Shown in pieces: positions 1-8,454 of a DNA stretch of 64,000 nt (position 1 is the first letter of the stretch; each line of letters opens with the position of its first letter). Where the stretch lies: sequence record OP557969.1. The stretch is one strand, 5' to 3'. Under the pieces are notes generated by a model. That model saw nothing but the letters and a program-made list of their open reading frames with translations. It had not been told where the DNA came from and searched no databases. A program made the position numbers and the translations under genes.

Positions 1-51
1 AAAGTACACATACAGAGAAGTACTAAAACTTATCTCTATATAAGGTAATAT

Positions 52-240
52 ATGAACAATTTTGAGTACTACTTCAATAAACTAAATTCCATAGAACAAA
101 ATATGCACAAAACATATATTAAGTACTATCAATCATCTGCATCTGGAATTAAAAATATATCAATAAAGATTATCACTAACCGTGTACTGACACCTGAACG
201 TGATATGTATATTGATGTACTGAAACTCATCTCTGTGTAA
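52..240 (+). CDS. small hypothetical protein, MNNF paralog 1
   Basis: ORF with RBS-like AAGG; aligns by eye with 251-430 (MNNF...KYY...KNI...LxSV). Confidence 0.75.
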   Translation: MNNFEYYFNKLNSIEQNMHKTYIKYYQSSASGIKNISIKIITNRVLTPERDMYIDVLKLISV

Positions 241-250
241 GGAATAAACT

Positions 251-430
251 ATGAACAATTTCTATATAGAACACATAAACATTAAAGACCGTTTCATGTA
301 CGACACCTTCGTGAAGTACTACAACCTCGCAACTAACAGTACTAAAAATATTAATCTCAATAGCTGCATACACCAAGCACTAACAAAAGATAATCCCTTC
401 AGGGAAATCCTCGCTCTCGCATCTGTATAA
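251..430 (+). CDS. small hypothetical protein, MNNF paralog 2 (59 aa, below ORF-track cutoff)
   Basis: AAGGA RBS; MNNFYIEHINIKDRFMYDTFVKYYNLATNSTKNINL...LALASV. Confidence 0.75.
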   Translation: MNNFYIEHINIKDRFMYDTFVKYYNLATNSTKNINLNSCIHQALTKDNPFREILALASV

Positions 431-441
431 AGGAATCTAAT

Positions 442-1104
442 ATGAAACTTAATCAACACAGCAAACAATACCTTAAGCACTTTAAATACCTCAACAGTAT
501 TCAAGCAGAATCAGTTACATCATCTTATACGTATCACCCGAATATACTAAAGAAACGAAATAAAAAGAAAAAATCCAGAAATGTTCTCGTATCTAAGAAC
601 CTCAAATCGTACTTGAAGAAAAATAATATAGCTCTTGCTTTTATTAGTATCTATAATACTGATTTAAAAGTATTGAGTACTAATACCAGCACAAAAGCAC
701 TAAAGAATGCATCTATCTATATACACATTGATAATATCCCGTGCACTATAATTCTATCTTTCGGGAATGTATACTTCTTCGGGAATTGTAATAGCACCCA
801 TGATATCAGTACTGCACAATTCCAAATCGGAGATATGTACTGCATGGGTTCAGAAAAAATACACGATAACATGCACTTCTTCCAAAAGCAACGTACTAAC
901 GAAACTGATACAGTACTGCAATTCCTCAAAGAACTAGAACACAAAGAATTATCCGACGAAGAAGAATTCATGTACAGTACTGTAATCGATAATCCAGGAC
1001 TCTATAAAAACGCGTACAAACTAACAAAACATGTCCAGGAACTTATCAGTACTGATAAGAAATTTCATCACCTCATTACGTATATAACCTCTACAATGTC
1101 CTAA
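442..1104 (+). CDS. hypothetical protein with family C-like motif
   Basis: 220-aa ORF, AAGGA RBS, LSDEEEFMYSTVID near C-terminus. Confidence 0.75.
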   Translation: MKLNQHSKQYLKHFKYLNSIQAESVTSSYTYHPNILKKRNKKKKSRNVLVSKNLKSYLKKNNIALAFISIYNTDLKVLSTNTSTKALKNASIYIHIDNIPCTIILSFGNVYFFGNCNSTHDISTAQFQIGDMYCMGSEKIHDNMHFFQKQRTNETDTVLQFLKELEHKELSDEEEFMYSTVIDNPGLYKNAYKLTKHVQELISTDKKFHHLITYITSTMS

Positions 1105-1125
1105 CTCTAATATATAGATACTAAT

Positions 1126-1317
1126 ATGAAAAATCAATACAAAGAACTATACACAAAATATTTCCCCCAGTACCTGATCGAACACCTGGAACATACCAGA
1201 AACTTAAACACTAAAATTAATAAAGCAAGATTCATTATGTGCACTAAATCAGTAATAGATACTACCAACTATAATAGCGTACTATATCACATCCTGTACC
1301 TAACATTCGTGTACTAA
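1126..1317 (+). CDS. family A paralog
   Basis: QYKELYT...F.MC...YHILYLTFVY. Confidence 0.8.
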   Translation: MKNQYKELYTKYFPQYLIEHLEHTRNLNTKINKARFIMCTKSVIDTTNYNSVLYHILYLTFVY

Positions 1318-1327
1318 AGAGAACAAT

Positions 1328-1510
1328 ATGCATAAAGAATACTACACAAATAAACTCCCTATGCATCTACAACACCTTATACCAATAAAACCTATTGGCA
1401 TAAAAGATCATGAAAAAATAATGTTCCAACAATGTACTAAGTACACCCTAATAGACGATGACAATCCATATATGCTGTACTATATAATAATGCTAACATT
1501 CAGGTACTAA
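1328..1510 (+). CDS. family A paralog
   Basis: MHKEYYT...FQQC...YYIIMLTFRY. Confidence 0.8.
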   Translation: MHKEYYTNKLPMHLQHLIPIKPIGIKDHEKIMFQQCTKYTLIDDDNPYMLYYIIMLTFRY

Positions 1511-1511
1511 T

Positions 1512-1700
1512 ATGAATAACCACAAAGAATACTACACACAATTCCTCCCCAGCATTTTTGAACACTACGCCAGATATAAAGTCCCTCTGGATAACGAGTT
1601 GGCAGTACTCGGATTCAATAACTGCATAGAACGAAGTATAGAAAATAGTAGTACATATGACCAATTGTTTAACACTATCCTACTTATATTCAGGTACTAA
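1512..1700 (+). CDS. family A paralog
   Basis: HKEYYT...FNNC...ILLIFRY. Confidence 0.8.
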   Translation: MNNHKEYYTQFLPSIFEHYARYKVPLDNELAVLGFNNCIERSIENSSTYDQLFNTILLIFRY

Positions 1701-1701
1701 T

Positions 1702-1890
1702 ATGCATAAAGAATACTACACAAAAGATTTTCCAATGTACCTCAAAACTAATCTATTAGATAAACCCCGCAACATCAATGCTCAAAACGATAAAGTGTAC
1801 TTTACTATGTGCACTAAAGCATGTATACTAGATTTTGATAGCTATCATCGAGTACTGTATCATACCCTGTACCTAGCTTTCGTGTACTAA
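1702..1890 (+). CDS. family A paralog
   Basis: start moved to MHKEYYT; FTMC...YHTLYLAFVY. Confidence 0.8.
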   Translation: MHKEYYTKDFPMYLKTNLLDKPRNINAQNDKVYFTMCTKACILDFDSYHRVLYHTLYLAFVY

Positions 1891-1900
1891 AGAGGCCAAT

Positions 1901-2107
1901 ATGAACGAACAGAAAGAATTTTACACCAAACACCTCAGTACATCAGAACAAATGTTTCTAAGGAGTGTATCACCTTTACGTTTAGATACACCACACGCCA
2001 GAGATTGCTTTAATAATTGTATACGTATTACTCTAGAAGCTTTAGAAAACAATAACAAAAATATTCAGTACTCAGGCGTAATGGGACTAATATTCTTCTA
2101 TGAATAA
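1901..2107 (+). CDS. family A paralog
   Basis: QKEFYT...FNNC; close to 2481-2690. Confidence 0.8.
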   Translation: MNEQKEFYTKHLSTSEQMFLRSVSPLRLDTPHARDCFNNCIRITLEALENNNKNIQYSGVMGLIFFYE

Positions 2108-2288
2108 CAAAGAATTCTACTTAAACCATCTGGAACTAAACTCCCAAATGCTTATACCACTAAAACCAATAGATATCAAGGATAAGAAAAATACCAAACA
2201 ATTCCACTACCACACACTATGTGCTATCAACCCAGATTATAATACATATAAATTGTTCTACATCATCACCCTAATACTCAGGTACTAA
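2100..2288 (+). CDS. family A paralog
   Basis: NKEFY...ITLILRY. Confidence 0.8.
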   Translation: MNNKEFYLNHLELNSQMLIPLKPIDIKDKKNTKQFHYHTLCAINPDYNTYKLFYIITLILRY

Positions 2289-2289
2289 T

Positions 2290-2475
2290 ATGCACAAAGA
2301 ATACTACACACAATTCGTTAAAGAAAACTACAAACACGCCGTACACATAAAACCATTAAATTCTAATGACCCAAATACCATATTCTTGTTTAAGGACGCA
2401 ACACGTACAGTACTCAATACTAAAGATGAACAGGTGCAGTACGTATTCTTACTATTACTTATATACAGACACTAA
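2290..2475 (+). CDS. family A paralog
   Basis: MHKEYYT...LLLIYRH. Confidence 0.8.
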   Translation: MHKEYYTQFVKENYKHAVHIKPLNSNDPNTIFLFKDATRTVLNTKDEQVQYVFLLLLIYRH

Positions 2476-2480
2476 CTAAT

Positions 2481-2690
2481 ATGAATACAGAACATAAAGA
2501 ATTCTATTCCAAACACCTCAGCCCCTCAGAACAAATGTTTATAAGATCTACACCACCATTAAGTACTGATACATATTTCGGCAGAGTATGCTACAATAAA
2601 TGTGTACAAATGACTTTAAACGCAAACGACAATAATAACAGTACTAACATGTACTCAGGTATAATAGGTATACTATTTCTATATGATTAA
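2481..2690 (+). CDS. family A paralog
   Basis: HKEFYS...YNKC; close to 1901-2107. Confidence 0.8.
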   Translation: MNTEHKEFYSKHLSPSEQMFIRSTPPLSTDTYFGRVCYNKCVQMTLNANDNNNSTNMYSGIIGILFLYD

Positions 2691-2865
2691 AGAACATAAA
2701 GACTTCTACATAAGAAAACTAACATTCGTCCCCGTAAAAATATACAAAGAATGCGACCCAAGATTATACCTGTGGCACTTCAATGAGTGCATAAAAGATT
2801 CTATATACCCTAAGAACTACAAAGAACAATTGTGCTCAGTACTAACACTAGTACTATCATATTAA
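2683..2865 (+). CDS. family A paralog
   Basis: HKDFY...FNEC...LTLVLSY. Confidence 0.8.
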   Translation: MIKEHKDFYIRKLTFVPVKIYKECDPRLYLWHFNECIKDSIYPKNYKEQLCSVLTLVLSY

Positions 2866-2878
2866 TAGAGATAATACT

Positions 2879-3082
2879 ATGAATAAAGAACATAAAAACT
2901 TCTATATAAGTAAACTAAAAGAAAATGAACAAGCATGGATTAGAACTATAATAATACTTCCATTTAATAGATACGCACTGAATAGATGTACACAGATTGC
3001 TATAGACCCTTATCCCATTGAAGAGGATGTACAGTACAATCAATACTACTATATCTTAATGCTTATATATAGACCTATATAG
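2879..3082 (+). CDS. family A paralog
   Basis: HKNFY...LNRC...LMLIYRP. Confidence 0.8.
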   Translation: MNKEHKNFYISKLKENEQAWIRTIIILPFNRYALNRCTQIAIDPYPIEEDVQYNQYYYILMLIYRPI

Positions 3083-3099
3083 GAAATTACACAGGCGAA

Positions 3100-3148
3100 T
3101 TGTTAAAATTCAGCCTGCCATACGTCTGTATTGTTAAAATTCAGCCTG
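3100..3148. repeat. 18-bp direct repeat x2
   Basis: TTGTTAAAATTCAGCCTG at 3100-3117 and 3131-3148. Confidence 0.85.
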
Positions 3149-3487
3149 GACAAATTCGATCACCAGGATTCTCTCCAGGCTAAACCACGTAACTCTACAG
3201 AGAAGCTATTAGCTTCTCTTTGTCATATGTAGTCATAAGTAATCATATATAAACATTTAAGTAATCATTTATAATCACAGTAGTGAACAGTAGTGAGTAC
3301 TAGAGTACAGGAATGTGCACGTTTAATCAAGAACGTAGCAGTACTGATATGCCACTAAGTAGGCAGAGGAAGTCTGCCGTACTTTGTAGTTTCCAAGCTC
3401 CTTTTCCATTTTGCAAATTACATCAACTGTAATCAAAAGTAATCACATAATGATTAGTACTGAATTATTACTTTCACCTTAATTTCA

Positions 3488-3560
3488 ATTACCCCTTTAC
3501 CCTTCGGGGTAAATGTATTTTTATCCATTTACCTTTGGGGTAAAATCCCATTACCCCTTG
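3488..3560. repeat. TTACCC(C)/GGGGTAAA repeat cluster with hairpins
   Basis: TTTACCC-TTCG-GGGTAAA, TTTACC-TTTGG-GGTAAA and flanking TTACCCCT copies. Confidence 0.7.
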
Positions 3561-3752
3561 AGGCTCCAGCAAAAAGTTGGAAAGTACTCCATCGTAAATC
3601 TGGATCGTAAAAATTTTGGAGTACCTATGAAATAAAAGTTGGATCTTCGAAAGTTGAAATTTACGTTGGGACGTTTATGATTTGTGGGATATAATGAGTT
3701 TTGTAGCGATACAGTTTATACGATTTTAGAACTGCATAATGAAAGAAAGCTA

Positions 3753-3780
3753 TTGACATTATGATTCAGTACTGTATAAT
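3753..3780 (+). promoter_or_regulatory. sigma70-type promoter with no downstream ORF
   Basis: TTGACA-16 nt-TATAAT. Confidence 0.75.
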
Positions 3781-3785
3781 GTTCT

Positions 3786-3897
3786 ACATAGGGTGATGAC
3801 TTGCCGCAAACATTTCATTGACTCTACCTCCTGTCGTGAGACAGTACAGAAAAGATAGTTCCTCCTGTGGTGGTACATCTTTTTGAACCTCATGTAA
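3786..3897 (+). ncRNA. candidate structured sRNA with two CCUCCU motifs
   Basis: follows promoter; CTGTC-GTGA-GACAG hairpin, AAAAGAT/ATCTTTT hairpin, ends partly complementary. Confidence 0.35.
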
Positions 3898-4170
3898 AAA
3901 AACGTAATAACAGTACTGATATTAACAGAATGGTGTCAGTACTGACTTTAATCTAATACATTATGCCACCAGCACAAGCTGGTGGATTCCCTCTAACAGT
4001 ATTCAGTACTACATGATAGTCTTCATCCTCCTAGGGTAACATAGTGAGGGCTATTGTGGGAGTACTGAATACTCCTTTCAAAAGATAGAATAATGGTATA
4101 GTACCGACGGATTTTGGGCGTAGTTACCCTGGGTGGATTTTGGACGTAGATATGTCTAGCCCTCCAGAAG

Positions 4171-4296
4171 TCTGGAAGTAAAGATGGCTATCTATCTAGA
4201 CGGCTAAACGGCTAGATTTCTAGATGGCTGTATGGCTAGACGTTTGGATGGCTAAACGGCTAGATGGTTACACGTCTGGAAGTATAGACGGCTAAA
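4171..4296. repeat. degenerate short tandem repeats (RYGGCTA), iteron-like
   Basis: about 10 copies of (A/G)(C/T)GGCTA-like units; TCTGGAAGTA twice. Confidence 0.7.
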
Positions 4297-4479
4297 TCAA
4301 AATTTTTATTTTGTTTTTCCAATAGTTCCCCTACCGCGTGAGGATATTTTTCCCCGCAGTATCTGGAGTTAGATTTTTCTGAATCTGGAATCATTATCTA
4401 ATAAACTGGGGGCAATGTCAACCGCCTGGATGAATATTTTTAAAAAAATAATCTAGTACTGAATTTTGGGCGTAACTAT

Positions 4480-4547
4480 GCACCCGGTGGGCTTGAGTCT
4501 TTCTCGACTTGATGGAACTATTATACAGTACTGAAAAAATAAAGCAA
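4480..4547 (-). ncRNA. motif-1 element with own promoter
   Basis: minus-strand TTGCTT-16-TATAAT, then hairpin and CCCACCGGGTGC. Confidence 0.5.
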
Positions 4548-4582
4548 TACCCTGGAAGCAAAAAAATTTTAATTAATTTGCT

Positions 4583-4663
4583 TGCTATTCTGGGCCGTAC
4601 TATGGTACTATTAATTCAGTACTGAGAAAGTGCTTTTACCTGCTAGGGTGCGGGAGTGTATCC
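4583..4663 (+). ncRNA. motif-1 variant with own promoter
   Basis: TTGCTA...TACTAT, then CCTGCTAGGGTGCGGGAGTGTATCC. Confidence 0.45.
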
Positions 4664-4696
4664 TTTTTAAATTTTATGAATTTTGGGCAGATCTCC

Positions 4697-4765
4697 GCAC
4701 CCTGTGGGTTAGTGCCTTGTGTCCGGCTTATGTAGTAATTATACGCTTTTTCAGTACTGAGTCAA
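4697..4765 (-). ncRNA. motif-1 element with own promoter
   Basis: minus-strand TTGACT...TATAAT, then CCCACAGGGTGCGGAG. Confidence 0.5.
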
Positions 4766-5075
4766 TACCTAAAAACAAAATAATTGAAAATAATTTAACG
4801 CGTTTAAACGGCCCGTAAAGCCCTGGAATGATTAGAATGGTGCAAATGTATAGCTTAGGTGTATTAATGCGTTAGAATGCGTCTGAGGCCGTTTTACGGG
4901 GTATAGGGATGATTTAGTGGATTGATTCAGTACTGAATAATAGTACTCCTATATAGAAAGAAAACTATTTTAAAAGTATTTGTAGAAAGTACTTGCACCG
5001 TACTGATAAAAGCGTATAATGTTTTACATCGAGAGCGGGAACACTTCCCGCTACACATTAAGAGAGATTAAAACG

Positions 5076-5438
5076 ATGGCGACTCAAATCAATAAAATTA
5101 TTGCTAACCTGGTTAACTTCCGTGAAGAGATGAAAGGTCTTCCGGCTGAAACGGTAAAAATTCACATTTCAGCTTATCGGGAACTTATTGCAATGTTACC
5201 GCTTAAGCGTGAACAATACGCCGCTACCGTGATGCTTGATGCGATGATCAATAAGATGATCGCCAGTGATTTAACGATGGTTTATCAGTACATGGGCGAA
5301 AATTTCGCGGTGTCTGGTAAGCCAGTACCAGGGATGGCAACTACTGAGGAATTGCACGGTTTAAATTTAAAACAAGATGCATGGGATAATATGCCTCGTT
5401 TCCTGGTATGGGCTGACAGTGGCAAAATTTACAAATAA
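5076..5438 (+). CDS. early hypothetical protein
   Basis: promoter cassette and GAGAG RBS; start moved to MATQINK. Confidence 0.8.
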   Translation: MATQINKIIANLVNFREEMKGLPAETVKIHISAYRELIAMLPLKREQYAATVMLDAMINKMIASDLTMVYQYMGENFAVSGKPVPGMATTEELHGLNLKQDAWDNMPRFLVWADSGKIYK

Positions 5439-5530
5439 GTTTAATAAAGTACTTGCATACTAAGTTAAAACAAGTATAATACTTTCTATCAGGTGGGGAA
5501 TAGTTCCCCACTATATAAGAGGATTAAAAA

Positions 5531-5770
5531 ATGGCTAAATCAAAAATGTTCTTAGGTCACAAAAACAAAACTCATTGGAATGTAAGCCTTTGGATTAATA
5601 ACGATGAATCATTATACCGGTTGGCCCTGGACTTTATTGCCGCCAATACTAATCGCAATGATGCGGCCCGTCATATGATGTTATTTTTAGAACAGACTGG
5701 ACAAGATAAAACACCGGACGGATTCAAATATAGCACTACTGCGATCCGTGCGGCGATGGTTGGAATGTAA
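5531..5770 (+). CDS. early conserved phage protein (HKNKTHWNVSLWINN family), copy 1
   Basis: near-identical N- and C-termini to 7569-7808. Confidence 0.85.
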   Translation: MAKSKMFLGHKNKTHWNVSLWINNDESLYRLALDFIAANTNRNDAARHMMLFLEQTGQDKTPDGFKYSTTAIRAAMVGM

Positions 5771-5860
5771 TAGAATAGAATTTATTTAAAGTACTATCAT
5801 TTTTTGCGATAGTACTTTATAATAGTGTTTTATTCATACACCAACGATAAGGGCAATAGC

Positions 5861-6127
5861 ATGAATATTAAGTATTTTGCGACGCGTGAACAAGCTCGGA
5901 AGGCGGCGAAAGTGGAAGGTGCAACGTTTAAAGATATGGGCATACAATCGGAACGTGGTAAACGTTGGGCCATTGTAAAGCGTAGTACAGCCAGATCATT
6001 ACAGTACTGGTTAGCGGCTTTAAAAAGTCCTGCTAGTGTATCGCGTCGAGTGGTAGAAATAAAGCTCGACCGTAAGGGGAATCGTGTTACCGTGTACCGT
6101 ACTAAAAAGATAGCAGTACTTGAATAA
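5861..6127 (+). CDS. early basic protein, paralog of 18547-18942
   Basis: shared KYFATREQAR..A..EGATFKDMG and DRKGNRVTVY. Confidence 0.75.
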   Translation: MNIKYFATREQARKAAKVEGATFKDMGIQSERGKRWAIVKRSTARSLQYWLAALKSPASVSRRVVEIKLDRKGNRVTVYRTKKIAVLE

Positions 6128-6214
6128 AAAGTACTTGCAAACTATGCTTAAAAGCGTATAATACTTTATATCAGGGCGGGGGAATAGTTCCCGCCTATAA
6201 CCGGGAGTAATAAA

Positions 6215-6445
6215 ATGACTAATATGTATATGACTGAAGTTAAAACCGTAAAAGATACTACCACGAATAAAACTACTTACTTACAGCGGATCTGTGGTGT
6301 CTGGCAACGTATCAGCAAATCAAAGTACTTTAAATTAACATCATATGCCAATCGTTCGGATTCATTCAGTACTGAAATAAAAGGTAATAAAGTACACCAA
6401 TACGGCACTTATTATTATTATAGCCTGGACGCGATTGCAGTATAA
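6215..6445 (+). CDS. early hypothetical protein
   Basis: own promoter cassette and GGAG RBS. Confidence 0.75.
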   Translation: MTNMYMTEVKTVKDTTTNKTTYLQRICGVWQRISKSKYFKLTSYANRSDSFSTEIKGNKVHQYGTYYYYSLDAIAV

Positions 6446-6475
6446 GTAGTTTACAAATCTTTACAATTGCCGGTA

Positions 6476-6555
6476 TTGACTTAAAATGTCAGTACTGGCA
6501 TAATGTATTCATTGGCAGATAAGCCGTGGCCCATAGGGTGCGGAAGTGTATCTAT
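6476..6555 (+). ncRNA. motif-1 element with own promoter
   Basis: TTGACT-17-CATAAT, GGC/GCC hairpin, CCCATAGGGTGCGGAAGTGTATCTA. Confidence 0.5.
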
Positions 6556-6586
6556 AGAAAAATTAGTTTAGTACAGTTACAATTGT

Positions 6587-6648
6587 GCACCCTGTGGGTT
6601 AGCTGTTGTCATGGGGTATATTATGCCAGTACTTGATAATGCTGTCAA
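6587..6648 (-). ncRNA. motif-1 element with own promoter, convergent with 6476
   Basis: minus-strand TTGACA...CATAAT, then CCCACAGGGTGC. Confidence 0.5.
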
Positions 6649-6728
6649 TACTTTTTTACTATTCAGTACTGAAAACTATTTGATAAAAAGTACTTGCAAA
6701 CTATGTTTAAAGGCGTATAATGTTTTAC

Positions 6729-6803
6729 ATCAGGACGGGGAACGAAATAAGTAACTTCCCGTTAAGTAGCCCAGGAGTAAGGCATACGAAAAACTCCCCT
6801 GAT
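6729..6803 (+). ncRNA. motif-2 structured RNA, copy 1
   Basis: starts at promoter +1; ATCAGG/CCTGAT closing stem; GGAGT-AAG-N4-ACGAAAA-ACTCC hairpin; no ORF. Confidence 0.6.
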
Positions 6804-6871
6804 AAAATAGTTTGACAATTGTTTTTAAAAGCGTATAATACTTACATCAACTACTGAATGAGGGTTACAAA

Positions 6872-7483
6872 ATGAAAACTATCACTACTACTACTTATGT
6901 TATGGATTTTTCTGAATTGAACGCAGAACAAAAAACGTCAGCTATCGAACTGGTTCGGGAACGTGAAAAAAACTTAAACGACGATTATTTTTCTGAAAGT
7001 GAAATTGAATACTATAAAGAAACAGTACTACCGGAATATGGCATTAATGACGCAGAAATACAATTCAGTGGTTTTTGGTCGCAAGGTGACGGTGCATCAA
7101 TTAGTACTGACCACGTTGACGCAGTGAAGTTTTTACGTAAGGTAAGAGCATTAACTAAGTATCGCTCAATCCGTCACCTGCTGAATGAAGATGATTTGGC
7201 GATGAGTGTAAAGCGTTCTCACTCCCGCTACTCACATGAGAACACTGTAAGCGGGTACATTGAATCGGCTTACACTGATTTAACCGCAAAACAAGAAACG
7301 TTAGTTAATGAGCTTGAGGAACTGCTCACTGATACTATTCGTGAATTGTCACGCAAGTTATACCGTGATTTAGAGAATGCATATGAGGATCAATTCACTA
7401 CTGAAAACATCGTATCACTGATTGAGGGTAACGAATATCAATTCAATGTTATTGATGGCGTAGTAGAATCAATTGCATATTAA
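6872..7483 (+). CDS. conserved phage/plasmid protein (FSGFWSQGDGA family)
   Basis: 203 aa; motif IQFSGFWSQGDGAS; own promoter. Confidence 0.8.
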   Translation: MKTITTTTYVMDFSELNAEQKTSAIELVREREKNLNDDYFSESEIEYYKETVLPEYGINDAEIQFSGFWSQGDGASISTDHVDAVKFLRKVRALTKYRSIRHLLNEDDLAMSVKRSHSRYSHENTVSGYIESAYTDLTAKQETLVNELEELLTDTIRELSRKLYRDLENAYEDQFTTENIVSLIEGNEYQFNVIDGVVESIAY

Positions 7484-7568
7484 AAAGTACTTGCAAACTA
7501 AGTTTAAAAGCGTATAATACTTTATATCGAGGCGGGGAATGGTTCCCCGCTCAAACGAGGATTTAAAA

Positions 7569-7808
7569 ATGGCTAGTACTAAAACTTACAACGGTCACAA
7601 AAACAAAACTCATTGGAATGTTTCCTTATGGATTAATAACGGTGAGTCATTGTATCGGCTTGCTCAAAGTTGCATCGCACAATGTAAAACTAAAGATATT
7701 GCGGCCCAATGTATGTACCGCAGATTAAAAGCCAACGGTACTACTACAACGCCGGACGGATTCAAGTATAGCACTACGGCGATCCGTGCTGCAATGGTTG
7801 GAATGTAA
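7569..7808 (+). CDS. early conserved phage protein (HKNKTHWNVSLWINN family), copy 2
   Basis: duplicate of 5531-5770; start moved to MASTK. Confidence 0.85.
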   Translation: MASTKTYNGHKNKTHWNVSLWINNGESLYRLAQSCIAQCKTKDIAAQCMYRRLKANGTTTTPDGFKYSTTAIRAAMVGM

Positions 7809-7864
7809 CATTCAGTACTGAATCAATGGCGGGTGTGGTTCCCGCCTTTACTGAGGATTATCTA

Positions 7865-8146
7865 ATGAGTAAAGTAATTAACTATACAGTACTAAGCAAG
7901 TCATTATCTATTAGCCAGTGCACCGATGGTTTTTGGCTGTACGATGAAACGCGTGGTATGAATTTAGCTATGCAGGAGAAAACTCCTGATGCGGCATATC
8001 TTAAAGCACTGGAATACTACCAGAAGCGTTTAACGGAAGTAGAAAACAATTATCAGAATCTCAAAGAGAAAGTAGATAATTTCGTTGGTCAATTCGTTGA
8101 CGATGACGAAGGGCACTACTGCGACCGTTGCGGATCTTACAGTTAA
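7865..8146 (+). CDS. early hypothetical protein with C-terminal CxxC
   Basis: GAGGA RBS; coiled-coil segment; YCDRCG. Confidence 0.75.
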   Translation: MSKVINYTVLSKSLSISQCTDGFWLYDETRGMNLAMQEKTPDAAYLKALEYYQKRLTEVENNYQNLKEKVDNFVGQFVDDDEGHYCDRCGSYS

Positions 8147-8163
8147 GTACTAAGGATTATATA

Positions 8164-8367
8164 ATGAGTGATTTAATTGAACGTATCAAAGAGCTTGAAG
8201 AAAAAGAATTACAGCTAATCGGCTTACAGAATAAAATCTATCATGATTTGGGGAGTTTTATCAATGCTTGGGATAGTGGCGATCCTGATGCGTTACCTGC
8301 TAACCGCCAGGCAATGATCAATGATGTGCGTGGTGTCTTTGAGTATGTTTTAAAGCAATTAAATTAA
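8164..8367 (+). CDS. early hypothetical protein
   Basis: AAGGA RBS; start moved to MSDLIER. Confidence 0.7.
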   Translation: MSDLIERIKELEEKELQLIGLQNKIYHDLGSFINAWDSGDPDALPANRQAMINDVRGVFEYVLKQLN

Positions 8368-8454
8368 AAAAGTACTTGCAATTAGTTTTTAGTACTGTAT
8401 AATGTTTTACATAGAGGGGAGAAAATGGTTCTCCCTAGTAAAGAGGAAAATAAA

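Noticed and set aside
3760-3835. Minus-strand 19-aa type I toxin (MKCLRQVITLCRTLYSTES) after AGGAGG
   Set aside because: It is not hydrophobic enough for Ibs/Ldr/Hok-type toxins and I found no clear minus-strand promoter. Kept only as an alternative explanation of the CCUCCU motifs.
3083-4980. tRNA or tmRNA genes in non-coding gaps (also 61221-61760)
   Set aside because: No cloverleaf with TTCGA T-loop plus acceptor stem, and no tmRNA termini, were seen.
6530-6555. CsrA/RsmA sponge or c-di-GMP-I riboswitch interpretation of motif 1
   Set aside because: The loop lacks GGA in most copies, and only CACAGGG resembles the riboswitch, without its GAAA-tetraloop/receptor architecture.
6729-6810. 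Hammerhead ribozyme in motif 2 (CTGATAA and CGAAA present)
   Set aside because: The CUGAUGA core is imperfect and the order and pairing do not give the three-helix junction.
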